NCBI GenBank assembly: GCA_020184695.1
Contig: JAANOX010000069.1
Location: 186,001-250,000 of the forward strand
DNA: 64,000 bases
Source: Histomonas meleagridis 2922-C6/04-290x
Taxonomy: Eukaryota > Protista > Parabasalia
Direction of reading: 5' to 3'
A program made the position numbers and the translations under genes. Below, in pieces: positions 12,830-22,472 of the stretch. Positions within the stretch are counted from its first letter, which is position 1; each line of letters begins with the position of its first letter. The notes below the pieces were generated by a model. It was given only the letters and a program-made list of their open reading frames with translations. It was not told the origin of the DNA and made no database searches.

Positions 12830-13201
12830 GAATGAAAAGTGTCAAAAGGTCCAGTGTGGAAAAACCGCCAAAAATTGTTCAAAAATCAAAAGTAAAAATC
12901 CCTCTGAGTAAAAAGCAAAAATTTTTTTAATTTGCACTTAATGAAGTGTTAACATGTTCTTATGTTATCTCTTATTGTTAGTCGTATTTAATTATTCTTG
13001 AACTGAAAAAACGGAAATCAAAAAATTAATGGAAACAGAAATTAAACATATTTAAAGGAACTCTAAACAACACCAAATCAAGAAAGCTAACGAATATAAT
13101 GATAAAACGTGAAAATTTATGTTATTATGTCTCATTTTTAACATATTTCTTGATATTTAAATTAAAAAAATTGTAAATGAAAAAGTGTCATTTGGTCAGA
13201 A

Positions 13202-15687
13202 ATGAATGATTTTTATTGTACTACAAATAATTTAAAAAGAGATACCATTAATTTTGGAAGTCAAACCATTGGTCTAGGAGAACTTATTTCTCTTAAGCAA
13301 TTAATATTTAATTTAACAGAAGAGAATCTTGTTTTTTCAACTCAACAAACAATGAAATTATTTGATATAACTTTTACATATTCATTTAATTTTATTATAT
13401 GTAATTTAGTTTACTTTGCATTTTATTCACAACATAAAGAAAGTCCTATTTATGTTAATTATTTACAATCAATTCAAAAAGAAGAAGAAATATATAAAAA
13501 CATTCCAAAAATCATTGAATTTTTCTATAAATATATTTCTGAAATCAATTCACAAGAAGCATATTATCTAATTGATAAAATGATTGAATACAATTTAATA
13601 CATAAAGATATTATTAAAAACATTAAATCAAAATATTTTGCACATTACAGAGGAAAAAATGAAAACGAAAAACAAAAAAAAAATTTTGATAATTTTTATA
13701 AATATTATAATGATAATTATATAAAACTTTCACAAAATGATTGGGAACTTCATAAACAATATATTAAAGAAGGACATAATCCTAATGAAATTGAAAAAAT
13801 AATTCGAAATGATGAAATAGAAAAACTTCAAGAAATATCATCACAAACAAATTTTGATTTTAATCAAAAAATTAAAGAATCACTTTATGAAAGATGTTCC
13901 TTTGTTAATAAAAAAAATGTCTCATTAATTGATTTTGCAGCATTTTTTGGATCAATTAAATGTTTTAAACATTTACTTATGAATGGTGCAAATGTAGAAA
14001 ACACAGGTAAATATGCAGTTGCAGGTGGAAATGAAGAAATCATTCATTTATGTGAACAGAATCATTCATCATTTAAAGATGCGTATGAAACAGCAATTAA
14101 ATTTCATCATAATGATATCTTTAAATATCTTTATGAAAATAAATTAGAAGAAAAATCAGATAATGATTTGATAGTTTATTGTATTAACAGTGGAAATTAT
14201 GAAGTTCTTTCATTTTTAGAAGAAAAAGGAATGATAATTAATGATAATATCATTAATGAAACAGCAAAGATTGGAAACTTATATCTTTTTAAACATTTTC
14301 TCAAAAATACAAAAATTCCAAAAAATATTTTAATTTTTGGTGTGGAATCAGGTAATGTTGAACTGGTTAAATATATTCTCGAACAAGAAGGAATTGATAT
14401 TAATGCTAAAGATAATATTTATTTTAATAATTTGATATTTCAAAATAATATTTGAAAATTATTTAAATTATTTCAAACAGCACTTATAACAGCATCTAAA
14501 AATGGTCATACGGAAATAGTTAAATTACTTCTTGAACAAGAAGGAATTGATATTAATGCTAAAGATAATATTTATTTTAATAATTTGATATTTCAAAATA
14601 ATATTTGGAAATTATTTAAATTATTTTGGACAGCACTTATAACAGCATCTAAAAATGGTCATACGGAAATAGTTAAATTACTTCTTGAACAAGAAGGAAT
14701 TGATATTAATGCTAAAGATAATATTTATTTTAATAATTTGATATTTCAAAATAATATTTGGAAATTATTTAAATAATTTAGAACAGCACTTATTTGGGCA
14801 TCTAAAAATGGTCATACGGAAATAGTTAAATTACTTCTTGAACAAGAAGGAATTGATATTAATGCTAAAAACATTTATTTGTTTTATTTAAAATTTATTA
14901 TTATTATTTAATATTTCAAAATAATATTTGGAAATTATTTAAATTATTTTGGACAGCACTTATTTTAGCATCTCTATATGGTCATACTGGAATAGTTAAA
15001 TTACTTCTTGAACAAGAAGGAATTGATATTAATGCTAAAGATAATATTTATTTGTTTTATTTAATATTTATTTTAATAATTTGAAATTTCAATACAATAT
15101 TTGAAAATTATTTAAATTATTTCAAACAGCACTTATTGAAGCATCTGGTTTTGGCCACACAGAAATAGTTAAATTACTTCTTGAACAAGAAGGAATTGAT
15201 ATTAATGCTAAAAATATAAATTTGTTTTATATCGTATTTATTTTAATAATTTTATATTTCAAAATAATATTTGGAAATTATTTAAATAATTTAGAACAGC
15301 ACTTATTTGGGCATCTGAAAATGGTCATACAGAAATAGTTAAATTACTTCTTGAACAAGAAGGAATTGATATTAATGCTAAATATCGTATTTATTTTAAT
15401 AATTTTATATTTCAAAATAATATTTGGAAATTATTTAAATTATTTGATACAGCACTTATGAAAGCATCTCAATTTGGTCATACAGAAATAGTTAAATTAC
15501 TTCTTGAACAAGAAGGAATTGATATTAATGCTAAAAATATTTATTTGTTTGAATTAAAATTTATTTTAATAATCTGATATTTCAAAATAATATTTGGAAA
15601 TTATTTAAATTATTTTGGACAGCACTTATTTTGGCATCTCGTCGTGGCCACACAGAAATAGTTAAATTACTCTCTTTTTATCTTTGA
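13202..15687 (+). CDS. DUF3447/ankyrin-repeat protein A, interrupted by 28 17-nt inserts (about 669 aa if removed)
   Basis: DUF3447-type core (IIRNDEIEKLQE...SLIDFAAFFGSIKCFKHL) followed by 8 interrupted ankyrin loops. 2486 nt minus 28x17 = 2010 nt = 670 codons, ending at TGA 15685-15687. Confidence 0.8.
14414..15618 (+). other. Array of 28 non-canonical 17-nt inserts flanking single-codon micro-exons (locus A)
   Basis: Loops after removal: KDNDEQTAL, KDNDGWTAL, KDNDGRTAL, KNKNGWTAL, KDNNEEQTAL, KNRYGRTAL, KYRYGDTAL, KNKDGWTAL. Confidence 0.85.
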
Positions 15688-16089
15688 ATATAAATTCTAT
15701 TGCAAAATCATTAAATAATCATTTGAACTTAAACGTGGAAACCTGTTATTTGTAGAAAAAGATATATAAAAAGAAGACTTCATTGTAGATGAGTGTTTAG
15801 TGTTTGTAATTTATATATTGAGATAGGGGATGTAAATTTTCCTTCATTCATTTCAAAGGATTCGATTCCTAACTAAGTTAACCTTATTTTAATTGATCGG
15901 AAACGCTTTGGATTTTAAATAATTTTTTTTCAAATATTGTGCGCATCTCGAGGAAAAAAAAACATACACAAGAATTCCCAAGAACAAGAAGAAACATTAA
16001 CGGTCAGTTTGAACTTTTTAATAAATCAAAGAATTGGTTTAAATTTTATTGAAGAATAAAAATTAAAAAAAATTATTCGATAACAATTT

Positions 16090-17973
16090 TTATACATAAT
16101 TTTCTGCTGTATCAAAAACTCTTTGAAACATTCTAACCAAAGGTACACTTAATTCCTTACCTGTTGTTTTATGTTCCAAAATTTTATCTCTTAGCATTAT
16201 CAATAACATATGAAATTCCTCCACGTTTTCCTTTAGTTCGAATGGCGAATTTATAGTTCTTTCTATTCCATCCAAAATTCTAAACAATGTTTGTCTACAT
16301 TCTTTACCAGATTGAGTTATCCAACAACCTCTCGATATTATATTTAAATGTTTTGTATGTACACTTAAGATTTCGTCCAAATTTTTCGGGTTCATAAATA
16401 CATTTAAAGTTTTTTCATAACTTTTTTTTATCACTTGTAAATGAAAGTACTCTTGTATGAACCTAATGAATTGTAACATCTCAAAGAACACTAACGAATA
16501 AGTTCTATTACTTTTTTCGGTATTTACAATCATATGTTCTACTTTCTTTAACCTTAATAATATTCCAGATATTAATTTATATTCCGAAAGTTCTGTTTGT
16601 CCAAATATAGTTGAAATCGGTGGTTGAGTTCTATAAACTAATTGCCAATTATTATCACTCAATTCGATATCTATTTCCTCGACAAGATGATTAGAAAATC
16701 GTTGGATTATACCCGAAAGATGTTGTGTTATATTATTAATATTAATTTCCATAAATGAATTTGCAAAATCGCCGCGTTGTAATAACACAAAATCATGAAT
16801 ATCTTTAAACGTATTAACTAATAAATTGTTCCGTAAAAAGACATTTAATATTTGTCGATTTGATTCCTCCGAAACTTTCAAAATAAAATCATCAAATGAA
16901 AGTCCTATATCATAATGAATATCTATGGGTGTATCCCATTCACGTAAAAAGTTTAATGATTTCCCTGCTCTAAAGATTAATTGCGTTTGGTTGGCATCAA
17001 TATTTGTTGGAACTTCAGATGTAATAATCGAAAATCGATCGCGCCACCAGCGCGAACAAAGATTAACAGATGTATCACATTTAACAAAGAATTCGGAATA
17101 TGGATCATTGACTTCGCCACGTGTCATCCATTCTTTAATAAGGATTTCAATAAACTCAAAGCATTTGTCCTTCATAAGTGTGGAAACATATGAAATATTC
17201 GGATCGCCATGTTTTGATATTCGATCTAATGTATTGTATAAAACTCCACCATTTTTCTTGGATACCGTGTTACATATAATTGAGGCGGATTTGATTGTGT
17301 TAATATGCTGTGATGAAAGAAGTGAAAGAAATTGTTCGCCTGAAATTGAATCAATCTTTTGTTGAATATTGGTTATAAAGTTTTGATGGGTTTGAAGTAA
17401 CGATTCTAAAACAGTGGATGAATATTGATGACATATTCCATTTTGGTCACTAATATATGAACGAATTATTCGGATCATACATCCAATATTACTGACTTGT
17501 TTAATAATGGAAATTTGATTGGGAGATACAGATCCATAAAATACATATCGCTTTTGGGCTTCACTCCATCGAAAATGAGTTCCATCTATTCCTTGAAGAA
17601 CAGAAATAAAATCAATTGGAATTGAAGATCTCACAATTGGAAATAATTTAGGGACTTTGGGTATTGGTGAGCGCAGAAGATTGGCTTGATGAGGTCTGAT
17701 TTTGTCAATTAAATGAAATAATAAATTTGGAAATTTTAATGATTTAGAAAGAAATTGGATGTCTCGGTTCATGATCTGTATTTCTGAGAATTTGTTTTTG
17801 CTTTGAAGATAATTTGTCCATCGAAATTTATAAACTGAAGTATCTGAATATTGATCTGAAAAAAGTTTAGTTTGGAAAATTTGTACTGCTTTACGAAGTG
17901 AGTTTGGATCATTTATTGTTAGTTTAGAAGCTAATTTATAAATTAAATTAGATTTCTTTAACAATTCATCCAT
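16090..17973 (-). CDS. Spc97/Spc98-family gamma-tubulin complex component (GCP3-like)
   Basis: DPYSEFFV, IFRAGKSLNFLR and DFVLLQRGDFANSFM are GRIP1/GRIP2-type motifs. Confidence 0.75.
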   Translation of the reverse strand: MDELLKKSNLIYKLASKLTINDPNSLRKAVQIFQTKLFSDQYSDTSVYKFRWTNYLQSKNKFSEIQIMNRDIQFLSKSLKFPNLLFHLIDKIRPHQANLLRSPIPKVPKLFPIVRSSIPIDFISVLQGIDGTHFRWSEAQKRYVFYGSVSPNQISIIKQVSNIGCMIRIIRSYISDQNGICHQYSSTVLESLLQTHQNFITNIQQKIDSISGEQFLSLLSSQHINTIKSASIICNTVSKKNGGVLYNTLDRISKHGDPNISYVSTLMKDKCFEFIEILIKEWMTRGEVNDPYSEFFVKCDTSVNLCSRWWRDRFSIITSEVPTNIDANQTQLIFRAGKSLNFLREWDTPIDIHYDIGLSFDDFILKVSEESNRQILNVFLRNNLLVNTFKDIHDFVLLQRGDFANSFMEININNITQHLSGIIQRFSNHLVEEIDIELSDNNWQLVYRTQPPISTIFGQTELSEYKLISGILLRLKKVEHMIVNTEKSNRTYSLVFFEMLQFIRFIQEYFHLQVIKKSYEKTLNVFMNPKNLDEILSVHTKHLNIISRGCWITQSGKECRQTLFRILDGIERTINSPFELKENVEEFHMLLIMLRDKILEHKTTGKELSVPLVRMFQRVFDTAENYV

Positions 17974-18045
17974 AATGTTGTACGTTTAGAAAAAACAAAA
18001 AAGTTCATATCACATTTCTTTAATAACAAAAAAAAAAATCAAATT

Positions 18046-19413
18046 TCAATCCCAAAATGATGAAGATAATAAAACAGGACCTCTAAGCTCATTTGTATGA
18101 AAAGGCTTATAGTTTTCATCTGGTGGGAGCTTATGATTTGCTAATGATGATGATATTCTTGAAGTTGCCATTTCCATTGTATCTGCAGTTGGTAACAAAC
18201 AATAAGGGCCAGTTTTTGTAGAGATATTAATTGATGGATAAATCATCTTAATAAGTGATTTTAAAGTTTCTTCGTTTTGGTCATCCCATAAAGAAGCAAG
18301 GAACTCTAATGCAGTTTCATTTTTAGAGATTTCATGAAAAAGAATAAAACTTAGATAAGATTGTTCCCATCTTTTAAATTTTCCGAGAAAAGGGTCGAAG
18401 ATCCTCATCATTATAATTCTTAAGCATTCGAAAATTGGGACCGCACAATGAGGTGCAACGAAATTTTCTGGAAGTGCCGGATATTTTAAGTTATGGTGTG
18501 AAATATAAAATGATAATGATGGGAATTGTTCATCCTCAAATGAAATTTCTTCATTTCGATTTAAAAAAATTCTCATTTTCCCTTCTGCTAATGGCTCAAA
18601 AGAACCTTTATTAAACTCAATAAATTGAAGTTGATTCTCAGCAACTAAAGTATCTTTAGTTGAAAAAGGTTTAAAATGTGATGGAACACGAATCGTTGCG
18701 ACAACTTCAATATATAAATATGCTTCCGATTCAAAAGATATTATCCAATCATATTCATCAAATGTATGAGGTTTCCATGCGTCTTGTTTTGTAAGTTTAA
18801 GTGGTACTTCAATAACATTACTAACGGGTTTATTTCCTCGAACAATACACATATAGAGAGTCATCTTTTGAATAGTTTGGATAGGAAATTCAAAATATTT
18901 GATCCGAAATGATATATGTGACGTTCTAATAATTACCCTTTTCTGATTAGAAAAAATTGGATTATATGGAAAGAAACCATCATTAGTGTAAAGTGGACGG
19001 ATGGCATCGAAAGTGGATCTACCTTTAGAAAGATAACCACGAAGAACAGAATTATCATTAAATGTTGATTTTGATGTTTCTCGCTTTGTAAGAACTGTGC
19101 CTGGGAGGTGCTTTACTTGAACTGGAATTTTGTTTACTGTGGATATTCTTGTTTTGGTTGCTTTATCTGTCGTATATGATTTATCTTTTATCTTAGATCT
19201 TGCCGTTGATGGACCTGAGTAAAAAAGCGGTTTTACTTTTTCGCCTTTATTAAGTCTTTCTCCAAGAAAAAAATCATTTTGATCATCAATTTGATCATAC
19301 ATATAAAATTTAGGAAGTGTAATATTAGGCCTTGTTTGGTGATTGCCTTTCATACCATTTAGACAGAAATCTGTAGAAAATAAAAATCTTGAAGGTGCTT
19401 TTTCTCTTTGCAT
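18046..19413 (-). CDS. Hypothetical protein
   Basis: 455-aa open frame with normal composition; no family recognised. Confidence 0.7.
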   Translation of the reverse strand: MQREKAPSRFLFSTDFCLNGMKGNHQTRPNITLPKFYMYDQIDDQNDFFLGERLNKGEKVKPLFYSGPSTARSKIKDKSYTTDKATKTRISTVNKIPVQVKHLPGTVLTKRETSKSTFNDNSVLRGYLSKGRSTFDAIRPLYTNDGFFPYNPIFSNQKRVIIRTSHISFRIKYFEFPIQTIQKMTLYMCIVRGNKPVSNVIEVPLKLTKQDAWKPHTFDEYDWIISFESEAYLYIEVVATIRVPSHFKPFSTKDTLVAENQLQFIEFNKGSFEPLAEGKMRIFLNRNEEISFEDEQFPSLSFYISHHNLKYPALPENFVAPHCAVPIFECLRIIMMRIFDPFLGKFKRWEQSYLSFILFHEISKNETALEFLASLWDDQNEETLKSLIKMIYPSINISTKTGPYCLLPTADTMEMATSRISSSLANHKLPPDENYKPFHTNELRGPVLLSSSFWD

Positions 19414-19473
19414 TTGTTTTTAAACGTACACTAACGGGTTGCCCTAAAAATAAACATTCATTTGTATCTTTAT

Positions 19474-19935
19474 TTAATCACGGCGATGGAATGAATCCAA
19501 CGAAAAAGTTACAGGCCCTTGGTTAAGAAAATCAATTTTACATTTTTCATGAGTTGTTACGTTGAAAATTCGTTCTGGTTGATATGATTTTTTAAGGTTT
19601 TCAACTAATAGTCCAAAAAGTTCGTTAGCTTTGTTGGCTTCTAATATGTTATCTAGAATTGGCTCGTTTGTAGAATCAACGCTTGCATAAATTCTTGGTT
19701 CAATTACTAATAAAATATCTCCATTTAAATCAACAACAGATTGCTTCCAAGGCTTTCCGTCTTCTGTTGGCCATACATAAATGCTCAGTATTTTTCTTGA
19801 GATCCAATTAACATCATCTGCTTTATCATTTTTATGAAAACCAACATAAACTAACAATCCCCTACCTGTCTTGAAAAGTTCGGTATTATTTTGATAAACT
19901 GTGGATTGAGCTAGCCTCTGGATGATAATCTTCAT
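19474..19935 (-). CDS. DTD: D-aminoacyl-tRNA deacylase-like protein
   Basis: MKIIIQR...GRGLLVYVGF...W..RKILSIYVW...KPWKQSVVDLNGDILLV...NQGPVT (Gly-Pro motif present). The SQFTL motif is replaced by IEPRI. Confidence 0.8.
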   Translation of the reverse strand: MKIIIQRLAQSTVYQNNTELFKTGRGLLVYVGFHKNDKADDVNWISRKILSIYVWPTEDGKPWKQSVVDLNGDILLVIEPRIYASVDSTNEPILDNILEANKANELFGLLVENLKKSYQPERIFNVTTHEKCKIDFLNQGPVTFSLDSFHRRD

Positions 19936-19987
19936 TTGGTTGGCATTTTTATTTTCATTGAAAATAATTGACTTTAAGCCAACTCTA

Positions 19988-20953
19988 ATGAATTGGTATC
20001 AAAGCGACCAGAAGATTCTTCTTCAGGTCTGCCATTTTTTTGCATCAGATAAATGGTGGAAACCCATTTTAGAATTCATTCGTTCAAATTGCGCAATTTT
20101 TAAAAACCAAACAAAACAATATACAAATGAGGAACATTCATGTTACTTAAAATTTATTAACATGGTTGAAAATATGATTGATGTTCAGTTGTGTGGTGAA
20201 ATTGGAATTTCACCTGAAACATTTGAAAATGTTATGAACTCACTTCTCGAAACTGGAAATATTCAAGCATCAGTTATCTCTAACACTCTTCTCCAAGCCA
20301 CAGATTTTGCATTGTTTCATCAACAAATGCTTGAAAATAATATCAGAATTGAAACAAGCATTTCAGAAATTCTTCTTAAAATCACAGAAGATTCCACTAT
20401 TACAGATGCAGAAATTGTTGCTTCACGTGTTGCTGAGATAGTTGCCAAACAAGAAACAGAAGAAATTGATTCATTAATCGAGAAAGGATGCAGACAAATG
20501 CGGGCTCTTCTTGACCTCGACTTATTTGAAGAAAAATTAAACAAACGTCAACAAAAGAAAAACGATTTTTCCAAAACATCAACATCACCATTATCAAAAA
20601 GTCTTATTTATCCAAAATTTCGCCAACAGTTTCAAACGCCATTGGCTTCTACAATGGGCTACAAACATGACGAAACGCCACAACCCAATAAAAAGAAAAT
20701 TGAACTTTTCACATTAAGTGATGAAGAAAGCGAATATGAAAGCAGTAGCAGCAGTGATAGTAGTTTTGACTTTAAAGAAGTTGAAAGAAGAAGAAAGTTC
20801 TACCAGAAACAACGAGATATAATTGTGCAACAAGAAAAAGAGAAAGGAAAAAACGTGCAGATACCAGACCATACACACGTAAATCAAGCAGCAGCAAAGC
20901 CTCATTATTATAGGCCTTTGAGACCACGGCCAATGCAGAAAAGAATAATTTAA
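19988..20953 (+). CDS. CFAP36: BART-domain cilia/flagella protein (CFAP36/CCDC104-like)
   Basis: WWKPILEFIRSNCAIF...YTNEEHSCYLKFINMVENMID...GISPETF matches the ARL2-binding BART pattern. ATG 19988 is preferred over 19922, which overlaps the DTD gene. Confidence 0.65.
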   Translation: MNWYQSDQKILLQVCHFFASDKWWKPILEFIRSNCAIFKNQTKQYTNEEHSCYLKFINMVENMIDVQLCGEIGISPETFENVMNSLLETGNIQASVISNTLLQATDFALFHQQMLENNIRIETSISEILLKITEDSTITDAEIVASRVAEIVAKQETEEIDSLIEKGCRQMRALLDLDLFEEKLNKRQQKKNDFSKTSTSPLSKSLIYPKFRQQFQTPLASTMGYKHDETPQPNKKKIELFTLSDEESEYESSSSSDSSFDFKEVERRRKFYQKQRDIIVQQEKEKGKNVQIPDHTHVNQAAAKPHYYRPLRPRPMQKRII

Positions 20954-21129
20954 AATTTGTAAGCATCGATAACGATAGATTTTTTGAGTGATGAATTCAA
21001 ATGCTCAGAATTCTTTATCGTCGCAAAACCGTTTCGAAGAAATCTTTCATATCAAATATTTGTATTGTTAAACAAAATTTTAAAATTGTTTTTAAGGATT
21101 TAAAACAAGGGGTAATAAATGTTTTTGGT

Positions 21130-21380
21130 GTCCAAAATGTATTATATATATAACACAAACAATAATAACAGTTAATGAAGAATTTGTCATTAATAAAAAG
21201 CAATAAGTATTTGATTCTGTAAATATATTTGAATTAGAAAATGTGTTTGATTGAGAATATGTAATACTTTGACTACAAGTATTGCATTGTGTGATTGGAT
21301 TACTTGGTGTAAATGTATTTGAATTAGAAAATGTATTTAATTCAGAGGATGTGTTACTTTGTGATAATGCGTTTGATTAT
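21130..21380 (-). pseudogene. Remnant of an SNTF-repeat (S/T-rich stalk) surface-protein gene
   Basis: Degenerate aaatgtatttga...gaaaatgt units like those at 51165-51420 and 53720-54190; no long ORF. Confidence 0.45.
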
Positions 21381-21495
21381 GAATACATGTTATAATCAGA
21401 TCTGATTGAGATGGCTTTTACATGTTTCTTTTTTTGAGGGTGCCCCAGAGCAGGGTCGTTTAAACGGTCGAAAAGTGGCGACCTAAAAATTTTAA

Positions 21496-22095
21496 ATGAC
21501 CGAATATGATTTTAATCAGTACCAAGAACATATAAATGGTCTTGTAGATAAACTTAAGGAAGAAATTGCTGTCCATAATGATGTAGATAATAATAACAAA
21601 TCTGCTTCATATGCACAAGCTCGCAATACTTATGTTCAAATTCAATCAGATATAAAAGAGTGGGTCTTAATGGCAGTTACATGGCCAGCTACAACACGTA
21701 ACAGAGTTCAAGAGTATACAAGTTCGGTGAAAAAGGATGTTGATACATTATTTTCAAAATTCACAAATGAGGCTTCTGAAGCTTCAAGAAAGGAGCTTTT
21801 AGGCAACCCCGAAATGCATGGAATAGGTGATGAGGAAAAAGTTGATTATTTAGTTGATGGAGCTAATGAAGCAAAAGATATGGGAATGAAACTTTTAGAC
21901 GAACTTTCCCGGCAAAGAGGTTCAATAGGTAACATATCAACACACATTTCAGATCTTAACACAAGTTTAGACAAAAGCGGTTCTATACTTCATGAGATGC
22001 AATGCAGAGATAAGCAAAGAAAAATCTTTTTGATTTTTGTTGTGATTTTTCTTGTTATTACAATAGGCGTTTTTATTTGGTATATTCTTAAGTGA
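21496..22095 (+). CDS. Tail-anchored Q-SNARE (Vti1-like Qb)
   Basis: Helical N-terminal domain, SNARE heptad (LLDELSRQRGSI...), C-terminal TM IFLIFVVIFLVITIGVFIWYIL. Confidence 0.75.
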   Translation: MTEYDFNQYQEHINGLVDKLKEEIAVHNDVDNNNKSASYAQARNTYVQIQSDIKEWVLMAVTWPATTRNRVQEYTSSVKKDVDTLFSKFTNEASEASRKELLGNPEMHGIGDEEKVDYLVDGANEAKDMGMKLLDELSRQRGSIGNISTHISDLNTSLDKSGSILHEMQCRDKQRKIFLIFVVIFLVITIGVFIWYILK

Positions 22096-22472
22096 TTTAT
22101 AAAAAATTTTATATGTATTGATCTTTGAAATCATATATTTATTTTTCTTCACAGTGTCCTTTAAATGTTTTAAATAGGTTGTGCATTGGCAATTGTTTTA
22201 AAATAAATATTTATGAAGGCAAAAATTCAAATTTTTTTCATCTGCATCTCTTAATAAAATCTTTCAACTCCAATTCTATATTTTTTTAAAAAATCCAACA
22301 AATTTGTATTCGATATGGAATCTAACTTTTTATTTATTTTGGGGAAAATGAATACAAAACATTAAAAGCATTTTTTGACAAGATTTCAGAAAATTGTATT
22401 TAAACGGACTTTTCCATTGGAAAAAACTGATAACTCAACTCAAAGCGCATTTAAGCAAGCATTACATCGCTT

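Noticed and set aside
14414-14476. Reading the 63-nt loop insert as a translated 21-aa insertion (NIYFNNLIFQNNIWKLFKLF)
   Set aside because: In frame only for 63/66-nt variants, and several of those contain TGA or TAA. The 80/83-nt variants shift frame. The 17+3 parse explains all variants and yields ankyrin consensus.
14440-14500. Stop-codon reassignment to explain the in-frame TAA/TGA in the arrays
   Set aside because: Housekeeping genes here end normally in TAA/TGA, the stops fall inside the 17-mers, and frameshifts would remain.
14881-14956. Single GT-AG intron (GTTTTAT...GACAG) or an AT-AC U12-type intron
   Set aside because: Excision at these ends gives a frameshift and early stop and removes the conserved loop Gly. 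The GT is missing in 3-insert loops, and there is no branch-point or U12 consensus.
14380-15680. CRISPR-like repeat-spacer array
   Set aside because: The repeats are ankyrin coding units in a eukaryotic gene with no unique spacers and no cas genes.
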